A stretch of DNA of 64,000 nt from Auanema rhodensis. Taxonomy: Eukaryota > Animalia > Nematoda. The stretch lies in the NCBI GenBank assembly GCA_964057225.1, contig OZ059898.1, positions 4,588,001 through 4,652,000 of the forward strand, written 5' to 3'. This document shows, in pieces, positions 1 to 11,696 of the stretch. The notes below the pieces were generated by a model that was not told the DNA's origin, did not search any database, and was given only the letters and a program-made list of their open reading frames with translations. Within the stretch, counting starts at the first letter, position 1, and each line of letters opens with the position of its first letter. The translations under genes and the position numbers were made by a program.

Positions 1-3000
1 GAGCACAACACCTTCTACGACCACCAGCACAACGTCTACGACGACTCCATTTACGACAACCAGCACAACGTCTACGACAACTCCATCAACGACAACGAGC
101 ACAACGTCTACGACAACTCCATCAACGACCACGAGCACATCGTCTACGACAACTCCATCAACGACAACAAGCACAACATCTACGACGACTCCATCTACGA
201 CAACGAGCACAACACCATCAACGACAACGAGCACAACGTCAACGACAACACCTTCTACGACCACCAGCACAACGTCTACGACGACTCCATCTACGACAAC
301 GAGCACAACTCCATCAACGACAACCAGCACAACGTCTACAACGACTCCATCAACGACGACAAGCACAACACCATCTACGACCACCAGCACAACGTCTACG
401 ACAACACCTTCTACGACCACCAGCACAACGTCTACGACGACTCCATCTACGACAACAAGCACAACTCCATCAACGACAACCAGCACAACGTCTACAACGA
501 CTCCATCTACGACAACAAGCACAACACCATCTACGACCACCAGCACAACGTCTACGACCACTCCATCTACGACAACAAGCACAACTTCATCAACGACAAC
601 CAGCACAACGTCTACAACGACTCCATCAACGACGACAAGCACAACACCATCAACGACAACGAGCACAACGTCTACGACAACTCCATCAACGACCACCAGC
701 ACAACGTCTACGACCACTCCATCTACGACCACCAGCACAACACCATCAACGACAACGAGCACAACGTCTACGACAACTCCATCTACGACAACCAGCACAA
801 CGTCTACAACGACTCCATCTACGACCACCAGCACAACGTCTACAACGACTCCATCTACGACCACCAGCACAACGTCTACAACGACTCCATCTACGACCAC
901 CAGCACAACGTCTACGACAACTACTTCCACGACGACAAGCAGGACGACTTTATCGACACCATCTTCAGCATTGTTTACAACAACAGAATACCATGAAGAT
1001 GTATCAACTACCCCTAGTATGTTCAGAAATAGTTTTTTTCATTTATCAAATAGTTGTTTGAATACGTTTACATTATTATAGGAAGTGATTGCTGTCCATC
1101 CGGAGGGCTATGGTCAGAATGGACAACTAGTATGAACTGTTCTGATACATGTGGATCGTGTGCACAACGTTATTATACAAGAACATGCCTTTCTGATAGC
1201 TTAACATGTCCTTGCACGTAAGAACTTCAAGAATTGTGCTCACAGTTATTTCTCATTCTAGTGGTGTATCAGGAAAATGGAAGAATTGTAATATTAATAT
1301 ATGTTATTATCCGCGTTTAACATGTTGCAATGGATATAAATTAACCGTTATTAATGGTAAACATACATGTGGACCTCAGGTTATCAAAGTTTGAAATTGA
1401 TCAAGTTTTTCTTGAATTTCAGCCAACGGAAGATGAAGGTAATGATATGGAGAGTTGTTGTCCATTAAATGGTTATTGGGCTCCATGGAAGGAATGGAGT
1501 GCGTGTACTGGTGGAGATTGTGGCAGAGTATTCATAATCAATCAGAGTTTCTTTCATTCAATAATTTCTTTTGCAGTGTGGTAAAGCTGTGCGTTCACGT
1601 ATATGCTTATCTACCTCATACAACTGCCCATGTCAAGGTGATGCAACTGAAGAACGTACTTGCCGTACATTGGCTACATGGTCCAATTGGAAAGTATGTT
1701 TAGCGTGTTCATCTAACTGCCAAACTCATTTTATTTGTTTCTAGGAATCAGAAGCTTGTCCTTCTGGATCATGTGGATCATGCCATATGAGAACATTGAC
1801 ACGAACTTGTAATAAAGAAAATGGGTGTGCATGCCTGTAAGTGAAAATGATGTGTTTCTTTTTCAATTTTTCTGAATTTTTCAAGCGGTTCCTCAGAAAA
1901 ACAAGAAATATGTAATCCTGCACCATGTAGTGGCAATGCTACGACAAACAGTACATACGAATGTTGTAAAGATTTTAATATAACTGTAATAGATGGTTTC
2001 AGAACATGTGGGCCATTGGTATATTATACTTCATTATTTGTTTTTTATATATAAATATTATAGATTACACCTCAATCTGATCCTGAATTGGCTATGTGTG
2101 GAGAAGCAAATCCAGATTGTTGTGTAATTGGTGGAGTATGGACTGAATGGTCTTCTGGAGATTCTTGCTCTGATACATGTGGTTTTTGTGGAAATACAAC
2201 AAGAACACGCTACTGCATTTCAGAAGATTGGAATTGTCCATGCAGGTAGAACAGAGCTGTATATCAAATATAATTTCAAATTTTCATATAATTTAGTGGC
2301 CCATCAACAAAAGTGGGAGAATGTAATTCAGCTATATGTTTATTCCCACGTCCATCATGTTGTGGCAACCGCAAAAAAGTTATTATCAATAATTATCCCC
2401 AATGCTCACCAGCTGTAAGTTTGTTTGTTTTTTGTTTGAATTGATAATTTTGAATAATTTGATAGGATGATACTGATCCCCTACCATCAGACCTATGTTG
2501 GACAGGATGTTGTCCAGCTGCTGGAGGATATTGGTCTGAATGGTCATCAGGCACAGCCTGTTCGGATACTTGTGGATCATGCGGCAAAACAAATCAATAT
2601 AGAACATGCTTGACAGAGCAGTATAACTGCTCATGTAGGTACGTAAACTTATTGCTCTTTTCTAATTAAATTACTAATTTTACTTATTTCAAGAGGAGCT
2701 TCTACTCGTGAAATCAATTGTAACATTGGAGTATGCTATTATCCAAGATTAACATGCTGTGAGCCCTACACTAATGCTGTAATTAATGGAAAACATGCTT
2801 GTGGACCCCAGGTTTATCATATATATTTTAATTTTTAAAATATATTTATATATTTAAGCCTAATTATACAACAGTATATTCACCATATGATCCATATTGT
2901 AATATAACATGTTGTCCACAAAATGGTTTATGGTCAGAATGGATAAGTACACCAAATCAATGTTCTGATTACTGTGGATCATGTGGTAATATAACCAAAA

Positions 3001-4446
3001 CAAGAACATGCCTATCAGAATCAGATGGGTGTCCATGCATGTAAATATTATTTTTATTTTAATTAAATAATATTAATTATTTATATTTTAGTGGACATTC
3101 TCAAGAGATCAGTCAATGTAATACAGGTGTATGTTATTATCCTCGATTATCATGTTGTCCAGGATATTCAGCAATGGTGATCGATGGAGTTCATTCATGT
3201 GGGCCATTAGTAAGTTTCATTTTAAAGATAATTAACTATATAAAATATGATTAAAGCCAAAGAAACTGGAAATAGAGCCATATATAAACAGTTGTGGAGT
3301 TAGCTGTTGTCCAACAGATGGTAATTTTATTTATAAATAAATAAATATTTATTTAATTATTAAAATAATAAGGTATATGGGGTGAATGGACAGTTAAAAT
3401 ACCATGTAATGATACATGTGGAGCTTGTGGAATAGAAGTTCGAACACGTAAATGTTTATCATTACAATATGGATGTGATTGCACGTTAGTATAATATTTT
3501 ATTATTTATTATTATTAATAATAATATATAATTTAAGTGGAGATAATACTATAAATGAAATATGTGCAATTGAAATATGCTTATTCCCTAAACCATCTTG
3601 CTGTCCTGGTTATACTAAAGTATAAAATTGTTTTTATTTGTAATTTACTCATTTTTTTATTTAGAAACTCGACACTGTTAATAGAGTATTTACATGTGGA
3701 CCACTACCGGTTACAAAAAAAATTGACCCTCAGCCAACAACTTGTTGTGATCCAGGTTTTGCTCTACATTATTCGATTTTAATCCAATGGTATTAATTTC
3801 AGAAGGAAATGGTTTATGGAACGAATGGAAGCCTTGGACTACATGTACAGCATCTTGTGGATTGTGTGGAACACAGACTAGAAACAGAACTTGTGCATCT
3901 GAAGCTTACGGTTGTCCCTGCGTGTAAGTAAAAATCATATTTAATTTAAAATTCATATATTTTATTTGAAATTTTTTTATTTTAGCGGTAAAAAGATTGA
4001 ATCAATGCCATGTGGAAAGCCTATATGTTCTTCTGGTGCAAAATGTTGTGGATCTTATCATGTAGATATAGGATATGATGGCATAGAATTCTGTCAAATT
4101 AATCCAGTAAATTATAAAAATAATTATATATAATATTAATAAAATTGAAGCCATCAACATGTGTTGGCACTTGGACAACATGGGAATCTCATACTGGAGC
4201 TGTATGTAATGATACTTGTGGACTCTGTGGTGCAATACCTCAATATCGTTATTGTTGGCCATCGGGATGTAAATGCAGGTAATAATATATATTTATTTAA
4301 TCATTTATATATGATAATAATAATAATTTAGTGGACCATTTCAACAACATTCACCATGTGCTGAAATAATTTGTACATCCCCTAGACTATCTTGTTGCCC
4401 TCCATATACAAGGAAAGTTGTTAATAAGAAGATAGTATGCGCTTAA
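1..4446 (+). CDS. Mucin-like (Ser/Thr-rich) protein with 9 C-terminal thrombospondin type-1 (TSP1) repeats; 5' end lies outside the window
   Basis: The frame starting at nt 2 reads STTPSTTTSTTSTTTP... to 1016 and splices (gt 1017, ag 1081) into RSDCCPSGGLWSEWTTSMNCSDTCGSCAQRYYTRTC. The WxxW...CxxxCGxC...R.R.C motif recurs near 1090, 1455, 1675/1745, 2118, 2508, 2909, 3305, 3742 and 4160, across many short introns. Stop TAA at 4444-4446. Confidence 0.9.
2..940 (+). repeat. Coding minisatellite of interspersed 36-bp (STTSTTTPSTTT) and 24-bp (STTPSTTT) units
   Basis: Repeated agcacaacgtctacgacNactccatcWacgacMacS units; much more GC-rich than the flanking DNA. Confidence 0.95.
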
Positions 4447-5187
4447 AGAATGAAGCTAGTTTAGCAAAATCTAAGCGAGACCAATTTAACATAATTTTCT
4501 CAAATAATAGAAGCTTAGATGCTTCTTCGTTTAATAAAATACTACGTGTATATTTAGTTTTTCCACAAAACAAATGAAATTTTTATTTTATTTAATTAAA
4601 AATAAAAACAATACTAACAAAAATAATAATACTAATAATAATATTAATAATAATAATAAAATCATTGACGATAAATAAACAATTATTTTAAAAAAATTTT
4701 ATTTTAAGACAAATTAATAATAATAAAGAAATAAAAGAATATTATCATATATTATAATTTTAAAGTTTCAAAAAAAAAAACATTTTGTGATGGTCATCAT
4801 CATTTAAAGACTAAAATAAATGAACACTTCTATGACAATGTTTCGTGTCAATTATCTTTTTTTTTAAATGAAGTGGATGAACAAATAATATTTATATTCA
4901 TTATTCAAGTATTTGGTAATTATCAGCGTTAAACGAATCTGAAGTACAGCGAACATAGCTGAACATGATGTGCACGTTTCCAATGATGTTCATAGAATTT
5001 AAATCATTCACCAAAATAAACAAATAGACTTTAACACAAAAAAAAATTTGGTCAATGGGTACCTACTCAAATTTGAAAAGGACATACATAGAGTTCTCAA
5101 TTCAGTTCGTTTAGAGTTGCTTCAGGTGTCTGGTGATTATCGTTCTTCGCAGATCATCTATCTAAATCGTTGTTCTTCAAGACAATC

Positions 5188-6377
5188 ATGCTGTTCAGAG
5201 TTATCGTGCTTCTTTTCGCTATATTTCATCTCATCGGTATATTTCGCTTTTCCTTTTTTTCTAATTAATTGAACAATAATTTAATGGGAAAAAAATCGCC
5301 GGATATACTAATATTACAATGTGTTTCTATAAATATCAAATTATATTCATTTTTATCATGAAATATCATTGAACTTCGATTGATAGATCAAAGTGTTATG
5401 GACGATTCACTTTGAAATTGCTGTCAGTGAATATAAGAAGAGTATAATATATGAATATAATTATATAACTATATATAAATATAATCACATATATATATAT
5501 ATATATATATAATTAATATATATATATATATTATCGATTAATTATTTTTAATATTTATAGAAGGAGGATGTTATCCATCTGGTTCACGTTGTGTACCTGA
5601 GCGTCCATTTCAAACAGCTATAGCTTGGAATTCTTGTCAACAGTACTGTAATAAGTGTAAAGGAGTAACTGTAGGAGATTGTGAACGTGTCTTTACACCA
5701 TTATGTGATGGAAAATATCAGTGCAAGTCAGTCTATATCATTAATTTTCTAAAATATTTTGAGTTTTTTCTGCAACAAAATTGATAAAATTCTGATTAAA
5801 ATGAGGATAACGAAAGACTAACTATATACAAATAATAATGAAAATGCTATATTTTTAAATAAACAAATAAAGTTTGTTTGAGTGAGTGAATGAAAGAGTA
5901 AGATAGTAAATAGTAAAAAAAAAACTTTAAAAGTGAAACATATCTTCATTAAAGAAATTTGAAATGTACACATATTTATACATATATATATATATATATA
6001 TATATATTATGATTATTTAAAATATATTATTAATTATATTTTTCAATAAAAGAATATAATAACTTAAGAAAATTCTTATTTACATATATATATATATATG
6101 TATATTGTACTCTAAACAAACTATATAAAGTTTATATATACTTAAGTATTAAAAAAAACTAAAAATACAATAAAATTGATAACTTTGCAAATGGAAATTT
6201 GTTATTTTATTCTTCTTCAAATTTCCTCATTGTATATATTACTATTAATAATAATACCAATAAATATATTTTCTTTTTATATATTTTGTAAAAAAAATAT
6301 GTTTTAGATGTTCCGGAGAAAAAATTCCCGTAAGCGCTAATATCATTGAACGAGCAACTTGTCAATTAGGCGTTTGA
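5188..6377 (+). CDS. Secreted macin-family (theromacin-like) cysteine-rich peptide, 94-aa precursor
   Basis: Exons 5188-5236, 5561-5726 and 6308-6377 join in frame (285 nt): MLFRVIVLLFAIFHLIEG/GCYPSGSRCVPERPFQTAIAWNSCQQYCNKCKGVTVGDCERVFTPLCDGKYQCKCSGEKIPVSANIIERATCQLGV*. It has a hydrophobic signal peptide and 10 Cys with theromacin-like spacing (GC...SRC...W.xC..YC..C...G.C...C...QC.C...TC). Confidence 0.85.
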
Positions 6378-6677
6378 TTATATTGTTTTGATAATGTTAT
6401 TGATATTGTTTATTTATTTATTTATAAATTATAATTATAAAAATAAATTATTGTTATTTTTTAAATTTATTTTTAAGATATATATATATCTCTCTTTAAA
6501 GCATAATAGATATAGGGAAACAGCACTTTTCGCTTTTTCTGAAAAAAAAATCAAGTTAGCTATGATAGTTGTCACAGATGTCACAATTGTCTTATTCTAT
6601 TTATAGAACTTTTGTCTTATAATTTGATAATTTCTGTCTGATATTTTCTTCAATTGGAACAGACAAAATACCATTCC

Positions 6678-6680
<3 letters not shown>

Positions 6681-6742
<62 letters not shown>
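6681..6742. repeat. (CT)n microsatellite
   Basis: About 30 uninterrupted CT units. Confidence 0.95.
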
Positions 6743-6746
<4 letters not shown>

Positions 6747-8169
6747 TTTATTATACTGATTAGAATGTTTTTTTTTTGAAAATTTTGATATTGTACCAGG
6801 AAACTCTATTAAGACTTGATTTCAATTATTCAATTAAACAATTGTCTTAATTTATATTTTAAATGTTTCACTATTATTAAGTTGTAAAATAATGTTTTTA
6901 AAGTATGAAAAGTTCATTTCTCAGTGTTTCCGTCATGAATTGAACCAAACTAACTGGTTTCAAATGTTTCACTTAAAAAGTTAATTATAACTTGATATAT
7001 TTCATGAAATATAATTCAAATAACATTACAATATACATTTTTCCTCGATTTCCATGTATTTAATATGAAATGAACTGAAACATTTTCTTTTAAACTTAAA
7101 AGAGATCAACAAATAATATTTTCCAGCAAATTGACATCTATAAACTTTCATTTTTAATGGAAAATGATATACTATAATAGATGAAATGTCTCATTAGATT
7201 AGATTGTTGAATAGATCCAAATGATTTTTAAAATCATTTAATGATATTGATAAAATCTTTATTTAAAATGTAAAAGATTTATAAAACATCTTTTTATTTT
7301 TATTAGAAAACATAATAAACTTTTATTTAATTCTGCAATTAGCGTTTCAAAACATATTTTTCTAAACTTAAATCATGTTCTAATACTTGTTGAGAAAACA
7401 GGCGAAGAATTGGGGAAAAGGGGGGGGGGGGTGGAGGAGTGGGGATTTCCCTTCAGTTACTACAACACTGAAATCTTTTTGTTATCCTGTTTATTGTTTT
7501 TGTTTTCTTATATATATATATCTTCCTTTTTTTTATTATTAGTATTAAAACTACTATAGTATTATAGATTTCAAGATTTATATATATATTTAAATCTTTA
7601 AATCTATGATTTCAATTCTAATAATAGAAAAAGCAAAAGAATAGATATATATTGAATAAAAGACTAAATATGATACGATAGATAATAGAAAATGAACTTT
7701 GAATTGTCTAGAAAACAATCAAAGATTTCTGACGCCTTCGTACATGCACCATATTTCTTAGTCCGGAAGAAATGAATATCATGATAACCTTAAGGTCTGT
7801 TATATTTCCACATGATCTTTACTTCTTATACTTTGATATACTAAGAACATTCTTGTGAAAAACGTAAATAATAAGTTATGAATCACATTATTATGATAAT
7901 GGCGCTTAAGATTTTATTTACATTGGTTTGGAAGAAAAAAAATTGATTCATTTCGTCGTCAATCCTACAGAATCTATGTGTGGGTGGCTGAATTCGACGA
8001 ATCATTAGTCAATCATGCAGCCTCGTCATAATATCATTTATTTCTCTCGTTATTCTGATCGCTCACAGTTTTCCGATCATTTCTTCGCAAGACTTTTAAA
8101 AGTCGAATGTCATCTCTTTCAAGTTGATTATCTTTCATTTCAATGATTTCTATGTTCTCTCTGCTTATC

Positions 8170-8200
<31 letters not shown>

Positions 8201-9057
8201 TCTCTTTCTTTTCTTTCCATTTATCTTATACCCTCATCCTTCTACTATTACTCTAACTTTTTCTATTTATCTTTTAATCTGTTTTCGTTGTTTGATGTAA
8301 TAGGATTTACAGCTGTATGTGAATGGTTCATGTGTGTGCCATCCCTCCCTCTATCTTTAAAAATCATTCTTTTCATTTTCATCTTCTTCTTTCTAAAGAT
8401 TATGTTGCTTTCAAAAATCATTCAATCAAGTTGTCTTTAACATATACACTTATTACTAATATTAATATTTCAACATTTCCATAAGCATCACCAAGTTCGC
8501 TTAAGACCAATTGCATGGCCGAGTTTTCATTATTCGAACTCTTCCGGTCCTATTATCTTTGACGCCATTTCCGGTAATCAGTTCGCCATCTGCTTTTGTG
8601 ACTCCGCCCAATTCTTGTTGGCCATCTCTGTCTATATATATATATATATATATATGTAATACATATTTGTATATATATACATATATACATATATAAACTG
8701 TCATATGCTGAATATGCTGACTCGACTCGTGCTGCACGTAAAGTACCGTAACCCTCTACGACCCCCCAACCCTATACAATTTTAATTATTACAATGAACT
8801 AGTTTCACTTTTTCTTGTGAAACTTGGACATAGACCCCCTCGTACATAATGTCAGTTTAGCTACTTATATGTCCCATTCTAACACTTTCTTCTATTGATG
8901 ATAAAACCATCCTCTTCTAAGATTAGATTATAGATCTTCATCTTTTCTTAATTAATAATGTATTTCTGTTTTCTCGTTCTTCCCATCTTCAAATTTAAAT
9001 TTAAATGATATCATATGTCTATGTTTCAGTTCTATACACCCTGGAGACTATCTGAAA

Positions 9058-11696
9058 ATGGTTGTCAGCGTACCTCCAACCCATCCTTCTGCCCCAAAAA
9101 CTTCTGAACTTCGTACAGAGTCTGGCTGCGTAATTCGCTACGTTGCTCCTGCTGGCATGAATCTACCATCTTCTACCTACGAGAATAATGTAAGTAATTT
9201 ACCTCATTTGAAACATTGAAGTCATTATAATTACTGAATATTCGCTTTTCTAGGACATCTACTTTGCTGGTAACACAGGAAAACGTCGCGTTCACGCTGA
9301 CGGTAAGTTCTTGTAGAATTTTCTGCCTACAACATGTTTGTTCTGGAAAATTCTACAGAATTTTAATCTCATTCTACCGTATACTTCAGTTTTTTAGTCT
9401 AAACACACTTTCTTAGAACGCCTGCCAGCTTATTATACACTACTTTTCTACTTTTCCTAGAATAGTAGTTAAATAGAATTGATTGTTCTAAGATCATTCT
9501 TATTTACTTGATTCTTAAACATTTCCTCAAGCGCTTTTCTCTCTTTCCTTCTTGTTTTCCGTGTTTTCTCTTACCGAAAACTATATCATGGGTTTCTATA
9601 TTATCTATAGCATCTTTAAGTGTTTGTCAACAATCTTTAAAGATTTTCTGTTGTTACACCGGTTTCTCTCATTATTCGCTTTGTGTCTTCCACTCCTCCT
9701 ATTTTCTTTTCATCCATCATTCCATCGTTTTTAACTTATCCAGACTTTGTAATCAAAAAAATCAAGAAATACAATAATATAAGAACTAGATGAAATATCT
9801 TTATTCATCACACATCTTAAAGACCAGAAGTAATGGAAATAAAATGAAAATTTGTTTGTTCTATTGATAATATTTCAAAAAATAATATTATGAAAAGAAT
9901 TTGTTCCTCCTTTTTCTAAACTATTTCATTTATTTTCATTTTTATGTTGGTCTTACCTTTGTCAATTTTTTTCATCCAAAGCATTCGAAAGAATTCACTT
10001 CTACTTTCTTTCCTCTCTCTCTATCTCTCTATCTCTCTATCTATTTCCCTTTCTCTCTGAACTTCATATCTATTTCCTTTGATATTAGTTTATTTTAAAA
10101 ATTAATTTTATTATCAGCATTTATAGATGAAGGATCCGATTCTGAACAATGGGGAAGCCTCATATGTTTGGTTCAAACAATTGATGCCATCGTTGGAATG
10201 GAAATGGAAACTCATATTTTTGTAGGCAAAAATATTTTGGAGGTAATTGATTTGAGTAATTTAAAAACAAAAAAAAATTCTTAGATTGGAGCTCCTACTG
10301 GATTAATTTCTGTCTATGCATGGCAAAATGGTGCTTCAGAATTATCAGTTCATAATATGGTTTGTTGTATTTTTCATCTATGAAAATATCTTTCTTTCTT
10401 AATCAAATAAGTTTTTTTTTTCAAAAGAAATATTTTTAGAGAAATAGTAAACTTGCAAATGAATATGATAAATGATTATAAGAATATATTTGACAGATAA
10501 CTAACTATAAATAGAATATTTTTAAGATGAAGAATAAGGTTTAAAAAATGTTGGATAGGTTTGTGTAATTAATCTTTGATCAATTTAATCATTTTTGTAT
10601 CTATTTTAAAGTTTCGTGAGGTCTTAATCTATTTAAACTCTTTTAAAATCAAATTGATTGCTTCTGCTTTTGTGTAAAGCTAATGAAACAATATTTCCTT
10701 GTTATGTTTCTATGATAGAATATTCTATTTTTCGAAATTGCTGGTTAGAAACAAGCTAAAGGTCATACATCATGTTGTTTCTAATGTGTTGTTCACGTGA
10801 AACACACAATTATCTTAGAACATTAAAACATCTTAATCTCTTAAGCTTATAATATTTCAAATGAAAATTTTAAAAAAGATTTAAATAATATTTTTCTTAC
10901 AGGATTCATCGAACTATAATTACTACACCAAATTAACTTTGCAACAGAATAATATTCCTATGAATAAGTGCAAATTCAGTAATGGTGATCTCAAGGCTCT
11001 AAAGAAAGCGTTAGGCGGGAAAAAGTAAGTTTATCCTTATTTAACTTTCAACTAGCAAGTGATTGATTAGTGAACTATTGTGTGATAATTACTAAAATTC
11101 TTTAATTTTGTAAAAATGGCCACGATTTAAGAAAAACATAAACATATTTTTATTTTCATGTTGTATATCTTGTAGGTTTGATGTAATTTTGGCTTCTGAC
11201 TGGCTAAACTGCGACAAAACTGATTTCCAGATGATTCATGATATCATTGATGAGGCCTTGGACGACAATGGCATTTGGTTTGTTTCTTTTTTCGCTTTAC
11301 AATTGCTATTTTCATTATTTCAGTCTTATTTCTACTCAATTACATTATTTTTTCCACACTGACAGCTCTTTGCCTGATTTTCTTTCCATCGTGAAGCACA
11401 ACAAGAAGCTCGATTACATTGAACGATTTTCGTCTCCACGTACGGATATCAACCAAAGAAAGGTTCGTTGATTCAATAAGATTCATTTTATTGATTAAAT
11501 TAAAATATAAACATCTTTAAAAAGACATTAAATGTCTATTTTACTTATGATGAAATAACACACCAATTTGACCTTCTTCATATAGAATAACTTTATTTTG
11601 GAAAATTGTCAGCTATTCAACTAAGACTTGTCAATCTAATAATCTAACATGATTTTACTTTTTTAGGTCATTCAATTGACGCGATCTCTTTTCTAA
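9058..11696 (+). CDS. METTL18/Hpm1-like seven-beta-strand methyltransferase-fold protein with degenerate motifs
   Basis: Eight exons: 9058-9189, 9254-9302, 10127-10242, 10285-10359, 10903-11024, 11176-11277, 11324-11462, 11667-11696. Translation includes FVGKNILEIGAPTGLISVYAWQNGASELSVHNMD, KCKFSNGD, KFDVILASDWLN and IIDEALDDNGICLISTQLHYF, collinear with the METTL18 family. A TTTCAG acceptor at 9024-9029 lies upstream of the ATG. Confidence 0.75.

Noticed and set aside
1-960. CRISPR-like or non-coding satellite interpretation of the repeat
   Set aside because: No unique spacers, unit lengths are multiples of 3, and the frame splices into TSP1 exons in a eukaryotic context.
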